64,000 bases of DNA from an uncultured Pseudomonadales bacterium (lineage in GTDB: Bacteria; Patescibacteriota; Microgenomatia; UBA1400; PJMF01), in assembly GCA_964620965.1 (NCBI GenBank), contig CAZUHV010000002.1:48863-112862 (forward strand). The letters run 5' to 3'. Of the stretch, positions 10,901 to 19,140 are shown in pieces. The notes beneath the pieces are model-generated. The model had not been told where the DNA came from. It did not search any database and saw nothing but the letters and a program-made list of their open reading frames with translations. The translations under genes were made by a program, and so were the position numbers. Numbering within the stretch: position 1 is the first letter of the stretch; every line of letters starts with the position of its first letter.

Positions 10901-11005
10901 GTTAGCATTTGTGCCATTATGAATTGCGCTAATCTTTTGTGTTGGATTTAAAACCAACATCAAAAATATCGAACAAAAAACTAGAAATACATGTTTAGTT
11001 TTCAC
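7949..11005 (-). CDS. Secreted S1 (trypsin-like) serine protease with beta/gamma-crystallin-like repeats and fibronectin type III domains
   Basis: Signal peptide; CGGVLI..WILTAHHC, DLAL, GDSGGP triad; SSLRIKAGWSIKVWEHANYQG-type modules; three FN3 (SITVEW..YHIY, SITVAWDDNS, SISVVWNDNS); GTG 11005 preferred because of upstream AAAGG. Confidence 0.88.
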   Translation of the reverse strand: MKTKHVFLVFCSIFLMLVLNPTQKISAIHNGTNANGKYPWMVELTATNESYTNDKFCGGVLIHPDWILTAHHCWRSTSGGAFYTYGSDAVYTAIIGGDHIWNGNVERIQLNGEPITFSGGDLNPGETDLALWKLSRPSSRPPIQIGTPDDISTYIDNHEQFVAMGYGNIGLIQTSNDLLEISFNNLTQSENQDKFVAAVISGRSTCPGDSGGPLVYVKNGQTILGAIISTGSTPFCGYVETMGFQNVPNYKSWIYRTIDPSSYSNCIDNSSVNHSSELLRLFDQTHCNGNIWLTNQVGQEINIGNFTPYSLDIQPGYSVIIYNPQSPPTMSACYSGDLWDMNKDFYPGTHFSIANFVGSVKIIAGSCPTNSPDTPPSPDTQPLPPGPQTGSGGAVKLFQYPNYEGAMLYTFDVGLDNEPNAEGYSMQIPNGWSVITYRDDNMQGMSECWNSNVPNLQDHNDWQTKIQSVFVYNRDVCPTDPPNPTQPPNVQFFSGTGYQGSGPSYYTGFHDHQYFYAGSLSLKTGSSVVLYRIDKRQSVNQAFCFNRSVPNLNAAGWPYQIVGLEVFNFDLCQDPLIETHDYIVYQDEGVQFSNCGGHGPTSAADLTNWCGTNWNDQISSLRIKAGWSIKVWEHANYQGGDKCFSTSMTTFRNDALNNGVSISVGEGDSVISSFAVFDNEYCDGSPEMPQSAWGYSNNNGNLALGQFVMSAEENDNQSITVEWEQSTDSSTQGYHIYEHVDDDFYALVATINSRYTTSWTFNDLPCGTDYHYLVKAFNNWGDSATPNLVAVSTPSCYVEPVWDGAIYLPLVVKPGGSPPPQEGPTPNAPSGLHVTTVGQNSITVAWDDNSTIEDNFEVWYQADGGEWFNPTVAANTESYTVSGLECETQYNFVVRVINWDNGNLYYSESNFISANTNACDPVEGPTPNAPTDLHKTSSTTTSISVVWNDNSNIELEYRLGYKATTSADTFFVYLPANTETYTVTGLDCSLQYEIWVTALNTPYYAHSNNIYVYPSSCQ

Positions 11006-11052
11006 TTTATTAACCTTTGTTGACAGTAAGCAATTTACTGTCAACGATAAAA

Positions 11053-11070
11053 AAATCGTTTAATTGTTAA
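11053..11070. repeat. Right arm of the 18-bp inverted repeat (partner 7914-7931)
   Basis: AAATCGTTTAATTGTTAA. Confidence 0.85.
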
Positions 11071-11103
11071 TGAGCAATCTTTGTTTTTAAGACAAAGACC
11101 TAT

Positions 11104-11132
11104 ATTATAATAAATTTTGATATTTTAGTCAA
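11104..11132 (-). promoter_or_regulatory. Sigma70 promoter of the protease gene
   Basis: TTGACT-N17-TATAAT on the minus strand. Confidence 0.8.
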
Positions 11133-11174
11133 GAAAATTGGTTAAAATACAAAAAATAATGATACAATATTTGT

Positions 11175-11786
11175 ATGGCAAAAAAATCAAAAATTAAAAA
11201 ACAACATATTAAAGTTATAATGTTACTCACTATTGTAGTAACTGTTTTAGCGATTTATTTTGGTCCTCTTTCTAAACCAAAAAAAGAGGTTTCGCAAAAA
11301 AATAGTTTTCAAAATTCAAACGCTGCACAAACATACAGTGGTACATATTTTTCTCTTAAGACTCCAGATAATTAGTATTTTGGTTCAGACATAAACGATG
11401 ACTATGAATGGATTAGAATATCTAGACAACCAGAAAAAAACAATGACAATATTGATGTGTCTAACATAGAAATTGTAGCAAGAAAAATACAAAATAATGA
11501 AACAATTAGCTCAAGAATTTCAGAATTGAACAGGGCAAAAAAAGAATATGAAGTAAATAAATCAGGGTCACTTGAAGATATTGAAAAAATTGAATTCAAA
11601 GGTCCAGAAGCCGTCAGTTATGTAATTCATATTAATATACCAAACGAAGAAATATCTGAAACAAGATCAGTTTCTGTCATTAAAAATGATATCATTTATT
11701 TATTGCGTTTAATATCATACGGAGAAAGTTTAGATCAATTATCAGAAGTTATAACTGAAAATTCTCTAATTTTCGACAATGTATGA
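11175..11786 (+). pseudogene. PsbP/DcrB-like membrane-anchored protein interrupted by an in-frame TAG
   Basis: ORFs 11175..11375 and 11457..11786 share a frame; the only stop (TAG 11373-11375) falls in TPDN*, where paralogs have YPNNW/YPENW. Confidence 0.75.
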
Positions 11787-11806
11787 GACTCATTCCAGTT
11801 TACTAA

Positions 11807-12004
11807 ATGATAAAAAAAAATTTATTAGTAATTATTTTTATTGCAATATTAGTTAGTACTTTAGCAATTTTTGTTAAACCAAAATCAGTTAAAAATGAAG
11901 TTTTGACTGATCAATCTATTATTTCAGTTAATAAAGAAAAGACATTTGCAGAATTATCAATGGAAAAAGTTACTCAGAATGAAGACCGATATTATATAAT
12001 ATAA
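11807..12004 (+). pseudogene. Truncated duplicate of the N-terminus of 13955..14647
   Basis: 11817-11986 is near-identical to 13983-14152, then diverges and stops. Confidence 0.75.
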
Positions 12005-12055
12005 AGACAATCATATCAAGTGAATAAGTGAATAAATGTTTTTAGTAAAGCTAAA

Positions 12056-12505
12056 TTATTTTTTTTTAGAAAGATAACTTTTTGTAAAGATAAAAGTAGC
12101 AATAAATAATATGATAGTATGTAGAACTACAACAGTAAAATTATAATCTGAAAAACTATACTTGGTTAAAAAATGAAAAGTATTCAAATTCTTAGGAGTT
12201 GACGTGAAATAAGACAAAATAGAAATAAATAAAGCAGCAGTGAACAATTTGTAAAAATTTTGTTCTATGAATTTTAATTTTAAAAGAATATTAAAAAATC
12301 CAAAAACTAATACCAACTGAAGAAGTACAACAAGATAAATATTTAAAGTGTCTGAATAGTAATAATAGCCATAATCATATAAAAAAACCGGTTGAGTAAG
12401 ACTATAATGAAAAATAAACATTGTAAACACTCTGAATAATAGTTCATTAATTATTGAGAAAATAAATGTACTAACTAAAATTGATAAAGTATTATTTTTT
12501 TCCAT
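12056..12505 (-). CDS. Hypothetical 4-TM membrane protein, paralog of 12628..13113
   Basis: Shared NE..R, S.isY.T.TP and VvH motifs; ATG 12505 follows TACAAT. Confidence 0.7.
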   Translation of the reverse strand: MEKNNTLSILVSTFIFSIINELLFRVFTMFIFHYSLTQPVFLYDYGYYYYSDTLNIYLVVLLQLVLVFGFFNILLKLKFIEQNFYKLFTAALFISILSYFTSTPKNLNTFHFLTKYSFSDYNFTVVVLHTIILFIATFIFTKSYLSKKK

Positions 12506-12627
12506 ATATTTATCATTGTACCAAAAATTATCATTCAAATATAGAAGATTATTCATTCAATAGCAACTTTTAACCATTCGATAAAAAGATATTTAAATCA
12601 ATTGCAACCTAAAAGATAACGGTAATA

Positions 12628-13113
12628 TTATTTATCATTCTTTTTATTCATAAAAAAATAAAAAGCGAAAAATATTATTAAGACATGAACAACTATTACA
12701 AAGTATGTGATAAAAAATGGTGCAAAGCCAAAAAACAATGTCTCAAAAAAATTTATTTTATAATACGGAGTTGCTGTACCATAAGAAATTATTGAAAGAA
12801 TTGTTGATGCAATGAATATTTGATAGATTTCCCCTTTTTGTTTTATGATTTTTACCAAAATTAAAAAAACAATTATGAAAAATACAAATTGAATAAATAT
12901 AAAGATTGAAAATGGAACATTCGCAAGATTAAAATATAAACGACCATAAAGGCTCTGTGAATAAAAACCAATATCAGGAATTAATGATTCGTAATAATTG
13001 GCAGCATAATAATTCGCAACAACGCGTAAATAATATTCATTCAATAATGATATAAAAAAAGCAATTAGTGCTAAAAAAAATTTTTTAACAAAAGTAAAAT
13101 CATTAGTTTTCAT
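12628..13113 (-). CDS. Hypothetical 4-TM membrane protein, paralog of 12056..12505
   Basis: Hydrophobic; same motifs; TATAAT 9 nt upstream. Confidence 0.7.
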   Translation of the reverse strand: MKTNDFTFVKKFFLALIAFFISLLNEYYLRVVANYYAANYYESLIPDIGFYSQSLYGRLYFNLANVPFSIFIFIQFVFFIIVFLILVKIIKQKGEIYQIFIASTILSIISYGTATPYYKINFFETLFFGFAPFFITYFVIVVHVLIIFFAFYFFMNKKNDK

Positions 13114-13163
13114 ACATGAATAATTATATCAATATCTAACTGAATGAATGTTATAATTTTTAT

Positions 13164-13904
13164 ATGGCAAAGAAATCAATAATTAAAAAACAACATATAA
13201 ATATTATTGTTGTCTTAGCAGTAATACTCACAGGTATAACAATATTTGGAAAGCAATACTTCTCAAAACTGCAATACAATACAAGATTCCATACTTGTAT
13301 TAATCAAGATGGCTCTACTTTTGAAACCACTGAACCATGTGAAAACTATTTACAAAAGGAAGAAACTTCAAATACTACCGTTAGCTTAGATCCTGATAAA
13401 CCAGATTTAGTTACCTTTCAAGCAGGATATTTTGCTGTAAAATATCCAAATAATTGGAATTATGTTGGTCATGATGGTGGTTTAGGAAATTTATTTGAAT
13501 ATCTACAAATAACTGATGTACAAGTCGAAGAAATGTATGATGGAAATCCAAATCTTCCGGCAATAATTTCCATTCAAGCAAATAAAAAAGGATTTTTCGG
13601 TGATTTTATTGGGAATGCTCATTATACGGGAAAATCTCTTGATGAATATATCAAAGATACTCTAAAAGAATTGGGGAACAATTACAAATCAAGAAGAGTT
13701 GATGGAACATCAGGCTGGTTAGTTGAAGAACCATCAGCTGATTGTTGTAAAATAAATATGTATCAATTAGTAATACATAATGACATATTCTATAATATTT
13801 CTTTAAATGTAAATGCATCAAATATGAAGGAGCTAGACGAAAAATCAAAAAAATATAGAAATGATTTTGATACAGTTCTTGATAACTTTAAATTTAATGA
13901 CTAG
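13164..13904 (+). CDS. PsbP/DcrB-like N-terminally anchored exported protein
   Basis: MAKKS + TM helix; FAVKYPNNW; C-terminal FDTVLDNFKF. Confidence 0.7.
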   Translation: MAKKSIIKKQHINIIVVLAVILTGITIFGKQYFSKLQYNTRFHTCINQDGSTFETTEPCENYLQKEETSNTTVSLDPDKPDLVTFQAGYFAVKYPNNWNYVGHDGGLGNLFEYLQITDVQVEEMYDGNPNLPAIISIQANKKGFFGDFIGNAHYTGKSLDEYIKDTLKELGNNYKSRRVDGTSGWLVEEPSADCCKINMYQLVIHNDIFYNISLNVNASNMKELDEKSKKYRNDFDTVLDNFKFND

Positions 13905-13954
13905 AGGTTAAGCATTTAATGAATTTATGACTTATTCTTGGTTACAATAGCTAT

Positions 13955-14647
13955 ATGGCAAAAAAATCAATAATGAAAAAACAAAATTTATTAGTAATTA
14001 TTTTTATTGCAATATTAGTTAGTACTTTAGCAATTTTTGTTAAACCAAAATCAGTTAAAAATGAAGTTTCGGTTGATCACACTACTGTTTCAGTTGATAA
14101 AGGAAAGACTTATGCAGAATTATCAATGGAAAAAGTTTCTCAGAATAAAGACGGAACTAGTACATATAATGGAGATTATTTTTCAACAACTTATCCAGAA
14201 AATTGGTATAAATGGTTTTTTGGTAGGGGAGTAAGTCTTGAAAACTTCCAAGTAAATTCGTTTTCTGAGGATAAAGTAGATGATATCTATGCAGAAGGTT
14301 CTTTCATAACTATAAATGTTGAAACTAAGGATTATAGACCCGTTTCAACATTAGAGGGGAAAATTGATTCTATAGAAGAATTAAAGAAGAATGCAGGTGA
14401 AAATACTAATGTAACATATAAAGTTGGACAATTTAAGTCAACACAAGCGGTTTACTCAGAAATTAAATCAAGTTCACATGGTTCAAAAAATCCAAGTTAT
14501 ATTAACACAATTTGGTTAATTAAAAGTGATATTGTCTATGAAATTGAATGGATATTAACTGCAAAAAACATGAACAATCTAGAAAATATAATATCTAGAG
14601 ATAAACTTGTTCATAATCAAATTGTTAATTCATTTGAATTTAAGTAG
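13955..14647 (+). CDS. PsbP/DcrB-like N-terminally anchored exported protein
   Basis: MAKKS + TM helix; FSTTYPENW; C-terminal NQIVNSFEF. Confidence 0.7.
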   Translation: MAKKSIMKKQNLLVIIFIAILVSTLAIFVKPKSVKNEVSVDHTTVSVDKGKTYAELSMEKVSQNKDGTSTYNGDYFSTTYPENWYKWFFGRGVSLENFQVNSFSEDKVDDIYAEGSFITINVETKDYRPVSTLEGKIDSIEELKKNAGENTNVTYKVGQFKSTQAVYSEIKSSSHGSKNPSYINTIWLIKSDIVYEIEWILTAKNMNNLENIISRDKLVHNQIVNSFEFK

Positions 14648-14687
14648 AGAGTCGAACATCAATTCCAATTTTGCTATAATCAGAAGT

Positions 14688-15041
14688 ATGAATATTTTGG
14701 ATTCAATTACATTTTTTTATCATCTTTATGGAGTACTTGTTTTGCTTTTTCTCTTCATATTTTTTGTTGTTTTAACATTTGTAGGGCTCAAGACAAAAAG
14801 AAGAGTAATATTTTTCCCTTCATTATTGATCGTAGTTATTTCCTTACTAATTATGTTTTTTGGTAGAAAATGTTGGTCGAGTGGGTGGGGTGGATTGTCA
14901 GGAATTGGTGATCAATGTACATGTAATGGCTTAGTTGTTAAATTTTATGTACCAAGCCCATTGTTATCGTATCAGTACACATGTTTTGGTATTGTTGAGG
15001 AGCCCGCTGAAATTTTTTCCTCAAGTAAATTTTACAGATAA
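14688..15041 (+). CDS. Small hypothetical membrane protein with Cys-containing extracellular part
   Basis: Two TM helices then C..CTC..TCFG; ATG 14688 is 7 nt after TATAAT. Confidence 0.65.
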   Translation: MNILDSITFFYHLYGVLVLLFLFIFFVVLTFVGLKTKRRVIFFPSLLIVVISLLIMFFGRKCWSSGWGGLSGIGDQCTCNGLVVKFYVPSPLLSYQYTCFGIVEEPAEIFSSSKFYR

Positions 15042-15076
15042 ACAAAGTATTACTTTATCTATAGTATAATGCATAT

Positions 15077-16174
15077 ATGAGAATCGGAATTGATGCTCGG
15101 TTATCAGGCGCTCAACACGCAGGAATCGGCAGATATACACAAAACTTAATTTTAGAATTGCTTAAAAAAAACAAAACCACAACGTATGTTTTGTTTTTCT
15201 ACACTCAAGAACAAGCAGAAGCAGTTTTGGGAACAGAAATTTCAAATAAAAAAGTTGAAATTGTTATTACACCCGTTCGTCATTACACAGTGACAGAACA
15301 ACTCAAGCTTCCAAAACTTTTCAAAGCACAAAAATTAGACTTACTGCATGTACCTCACTTTAATATTCCCATTTTTTATAAAGGTAAATTAATCATTACA
15401 ATTCACGACCTTTTATGGCACGAATACAAGGGTGGTTCTGTTACTACATTAAACCCGGTTATGTATTTCTTAAAATACTTGTTCTATAGATTAGTAACTA
15501 GAATTGCAGTTTACAAAGCAGAAAAAATTATTGTGCCTGCAGAAACTATTAAAAATACTGTTACTAAATTCTATCCAAAAACAGAAGAAAAAATTACAGT
15601 GACAAAAGAAGGTGCATATATTGTTGATCCCAAAAAACTTAAAAACTTACCTCAACTTAAAAACACACTTTTGTATGTTGGCTCACTCTATCCACATAAA
15701 AACTTAAAACTTATTTTGCAAGCATTACCATCACTCCCAAAATATAAACTTTTGATTGCCGGTTCAAGAAACGTCTTTCAAGATAAAGTGAGAGAGTATG
15801 TAAAATATAAACAAATTGAAGAACAAGTAGAATTTCTTGGATATGTCCCAGATGAAGACCTTGCAAAACTTTACCAACAAGTCACTGCACTTGTACAGCC
15901 ATCATTTTCCGAAGGATTTGGCCTAACTGGAGTAGAAGCAATGTCCTTTGGAACTTCTGTACTAGCTTCAGATATTCCTATTTTTAAAGAAATTTACCAA
16001 GATGTAGCCTTTTATTTCAGCCCTCATTCTATTGCATCTTTTATTCAAGCAGTTCATGCCCTTGAACAAAAATCAGATGCACAAAATAAAGAAGGGTTGC
16101 AACTTGCGAAAAACTATTCTTGGGAAAAAATGGCAGAGCAAACAATAGAGTTATATAAAGAAATTTTAAAATAA
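15077..16174 (+). CDS. Glycosyltransferase family 4 (mannosyltransferase-like)
   Basis: IGIDAR..GIGRY, TIHDL, EGFGLTGVEAM. Confidence 0.9.
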   Translation: MRIGIDARLSGAQHAGIGRYTQNLILELLKKNKTTTYVLFFYTQEQAEAVLGTEISNKKVEIVITPVRHYTVTEQLKLPKLFKAQKLDLLHVPHFNIPIFYKGKLIITIHDLLWHEYKGGSVTTLNPVMYFLKYLFYRLVTRIAVYKAEKIIVPAETIKNTVTKFYPKTEEKITVTKEGAYIVDPKKLKNLPQLKNTLLYVGSLYPHKNLKLILQALPSLPKYKLLIAGSRNVFQDKVREYVKYKQIEEQVEFLGYVPDEDLAKLYQQVTALVQPSFSEGFGLTGVEAMSFGTSVLASDIPIFKEIYQDVAFYFSPHSIASFIQAVHALEQKSDAQNKEGLQLAKNYSWEKMAEQTIELYKEILK

Positions 16175-16178
16175 TTTC

Positions 16179-17396
16179 ATGCAACAAAAAAAACCAAAAA
16201 TTGCATTGGTATACGATAGAGTGAACACTCCGTTTGGAGGAGCTGAGATTGTTCTTACCGCCATTCATGAAATTTTTCCAGAGGCTCCAATTTATACTTC
16301 AGTTCATGATAAAAATAAAGCAAAGTGGGCAAAAAAAATCATAATAGTTCCATCTTTTCTGCAAAAAATACCATTTTTTAAAGATAAACACCAACTGCTT
16401 CTACCTTTCATGCCACTTGCTTTTGAATCACTAGATCTATCAGAGTATAACCTTGTTATTTCAATCACGAGCGCAGAGGCAAAAGGAATTCTTACAAAAC
16501 CAAATCAAAAACACATTTGCTATATGCTAACCCCCACAAGATATCTGTATTCTCATGAACAAGAGTATCTTGAAAGCAAAAGCTATCTAAAATTTCCAAT
16601 AATAAAACAACTTGCACAACTTATTTTTAAGTATGTGAAGGAATGGGATAAAACTGCTTGTTACCGTCCAGATACCATTATCCCTATTTCAAATCTCGTT
16701 TCAGATAGAATCAAAAAGTTCTACGATATAAAACCAGAAAAAGTTATATATCCACCTGTTCAAGTTAACTTAACCGAAGCTGAAATTTCAGATATACCAA
16801 CCCTAGAGAATACTCAAAAATTTTACTTAAGTGTCTCTAGGCTTGTAGACTATAAAAAAGTTGATCTGAGCATTCAGGCATGCATAAAAACACAAAAACC
16901 ACTTGTAGTGGTTGGAACAGGAGAATCTCAACAAAAACTGCACTCAATTGCTGGAACCCATGCATGTTTTATGCAAAAAAATGAAACTATCGAAGAGTTT
17001 TTACAACGAGGAACAATAGAAAACAAAAAAATACTATTCACCGGCAAATTAGCACAAAAGGATGTTTACAAACTTTTTAAAAATTGTGAAGCCCTACTCA
17101 TGCCGGGAGAAGAAGATTTTGGAATTACAGCACTTGAAGCAGGAATTTTTGGTAAACCTGTGATAGTATTTTATACAAGTGGTGTTTCTGAATTATTAAA
17201 AGATAGTTTGCACGCCATCCATATTAAAAAAGAAACTGTATCAGAAATGGTATATGCTCTTAGCAAACTCGATCAACTCAAGTTTAATGCAAAAGAACTG
17301 CGCTCTAATGCATTACAATACAGAGTAGACCTGTTTCAAAAAGAGTTTAAAAAAAGAATCGAACAAGAACTGAAAGGACAGTATGTCATATCTTGA
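16179..17396 (+). CDS. Glycosyltransferase family 4 (WbaZ-like)
   Basis: GGAEIVL, TPTRYLY, EEDFGITALEA. Confidence 0.9.
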   Translation: MQQKKPKIALVYDRVNTPFGGAEIVLTAIHEIFPEAPIYTSVHDKNKAKWAKKIIIVPSFLQKIPFFKDKHQLLLPFMPLAFESLDLSEYNLVISITSAEAKGILTKPNQKHICYMLTPTRYLYSHEQEYLESKSYLKFPIIKQLAQLIFKYVKEWDKTACYRPDTIIPISNLVSDRIKKFYDIKPEKVIYPPVQVNLTEAEISDIPTLENTQKFYLSVSRLVDYKKVDLSIQACIKTQKPLVVVGTGESQQKLHSIAGTHACFMQKNETIEEFLQRGTIENKKILFTGKLAQKDVYKLFKNCEALLMPGEEDFGITALEAGIFGKPVIVFYTSGVSELLKDSLHAIHIKKETVSEMVYALSKLDQLKFNAKELRSNALQYRVDLFQKEFKKRIEQELKGQYVIS

Positions 17397-18486
17397 TCAC
17401 ACATTTGCAGTTATCTTAGCTGGAGGAGGTGGAACTAGACTCTGGCCAAAATCCAGAAACAAAACTCCAAAACAATTCCTCAAACTCATTGGAACAGAAA
17501 CAATGATGCAGATTGCAGCAAGCAGAATTACTAAACTCATTCCTTGGGAGCGAGTTATTGTTGTTACAAATGAACTATATAAAGATGAAGTTCATAATCA
17601 ACTTCCAGAAGTGCCTTTGCTAAATATCATCGCTGAACCTCAAAAAAAGGATACTGCATTAGCAATGCTTGTGGGAGCATTATACGCAAAATCATTAGAT
17701 CCAGATGCAGTTTGTGTAAACATGGCATCCGATCATATCCTTACCGATGAGCAAGAGTTTTCTAGAGTTATGAAACATGCAGCACAAACTGCGGCAGAAA
17801 ACGATTACCTCGTTACTGTTGGTATTTTTCCTACAAGACCAGCAACAGGGTTTGGATACATAAAAATTGGTGAAGATCTAAAAAAACTTGGTAACGGATT
17901 ATCCCTTTTTAAGGTTGAGAGCTTTACTGAAAAACCAAACGAGGCAACAGCAAGAGCATTTATTTCTACAGGAAAATATTTCTGGAACGCAAACATGTAT
18001 GTTTGGTCAAGTGCTGTACTACAAAGGGCATTTCAGACTCACATGCATTCTATGTATGAACAAACCAGTAAACTTGATGACCTAAAAGGTAAAGCTTTCC
18101 ATGAGGCTTTGCCAAAAATTTACGAAGCATCAGAATCAATTTCAGTTGACTATGCAATTTCAGAAAAAGCAACTAATCTTGTACTTATTCCTGGAGATTT
18201 TGGATGGGATGATGTTGGTGACTGGAAAGTTGTGTATGATCTTGAGAAAAAGGATCTTGCTGGAAATGTCGTTATCGGAGATGACCCTACAAGAAAAGTT
18301 CTGGCCATTTCTTCTCAAAATAACCTGATTCATGCAGATGGCAAACTAGTTGCAATGGTTGGCGTTAATGACATGATTGTCATTGACACCGGTGAAATTT
18401 TGATGATAATACCAAAGTCTCAAAGCCAAGATGTTAAAAAACTTGTCGAAAGACTCAAAGAAGAAAATCAGAAAGAATACTTGTAA
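17383..18486 (+). CDS. manC: Mannose-1-phosphate guanylyltransferase
   Basis: ILAGGGGTRLWPKSR..PKQFL, FTEKP, WNANM, SVDYAI, WDDVG. Confidence 0.92.
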   Translation: MSYLDHTFAVILAGGGGTRLWPKSRNKTPKQFLKLIGTETMMQIAASRITKLIPWERVIVVTNELYKDEVHNQLPEVPLLNIIAEPQKKDTALAMLVGALYAKSLDPDAVCVNMASDHILTDEQEFSRVMKHAAQTAAENDYLVTVGIFPTRPATGFGYIKIGEDLKKLGNGLSLFKVESFTEKPNEATARAFISTGKYFWNANMYVWSSAVLQRAFQTHMHSMYEQTSKLDDLKGKAFHEALPKIYEASESISVDYAISEKATNLVLIPGDFGWDDVGDWKVVYDLEKKDLAGNVVIGDDPTRKVLAISSQNNLIHADGKLVAMVGVNDMIVIDTGEILMIIPKSQSQDVKKLVERLKEENQKEYL

Positions 18487-18487
18487 T

Positions 18488-19108
18488 ATGAACTATGCCC
18501 AACAAAAACGGATTCTTGATATAACAATAGCGCTTATGCTTATGATTGTCTTTTTGCCTATCTGGATAGTAGTCCCACTTATGATTTGGCTTGACTCTGG
18601 AACACCAATACTTTTTAAACATAAAAGAGTTGGTATTAATGGTAAAGAATTCTATCTGTATAAATTTAGGTCTATGATTCCAAATGCAGATGACATTTTA
18701 CACAAGCACAATAAAGAGTTGCTTAAAAAATTCAAACAAGGCGACTGGAAGCTTGAAAATGATCCAAGAATTACAAAACTAGGAAAAGCCCTTAGATCAC
18801 TTACTATTGATGAGTTTCCTCAACTCTACAATGTGATTCGAGGTGAAATGAGTATGGTTGGCCCAAGAGCGTATGTAAAAAAAGAGCTCGATGAGCAAAC
18901 ACAAAAATATCCAAAAACAAAAGAATATAGAGATCTTATTCTTTCAGTAAAACCAGGAATTACTGGACCTTGGCAAACTTCCGGAAGAAATGAGGTCCCA
19001 TTTGATGTCAGAGCCAAAATGGATGCTGAATATGCTCAATCTAATTCTATCTGGACCGATATAAAGATACTATTCAAAACACCTCAAGCAATGATTTCAA
19101 AGTGGTAA
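18488..19108 (+). CDS. Priming polyprenyl-phosphate sugar phosphotransferase (bacterial sugar transferase)
   Basis: KRILDI, YKFRSM, DPRIT, DEFPQL..GEMSMVGPR, KPGITG. Confidence 0.92.
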   Translation: MNYAQQKRILDITIALMLMIVFLPIWIVVPLMIWLDSGTPILFKHKRVGINGKEFYLYKFRSMIPNADDILHKHNKELLKKFKQGDWKLENDPRITKLGKALRSLTIDEFPQLYNVIRGEMSMVGPRAYVKKELDEQTQKYPKTKEYRDLILSVKPGITGPWQTSGRNEVPFDVRAKMDAEYAQSNSIWTDIKILFKTPQAMISKW

Positions 19109-19140
19109 CAACACCTACCTTTTTGGTATACTAACTAAAT

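Noticed and set aside
11373-11375. Genetic-code reassignment (amber or opal)
   Set aside because: TAG and TGA terminate conserved genes normally (e.g. murB TAG, ileS TGA)
11817-14152. DGR template/variable repeat pair
   Set aside because: Only 7 of 13 mismatches are at A in the better-fitting copy, the repeat covers an N-terminal anchor, and no reverse transcriptase is in the window
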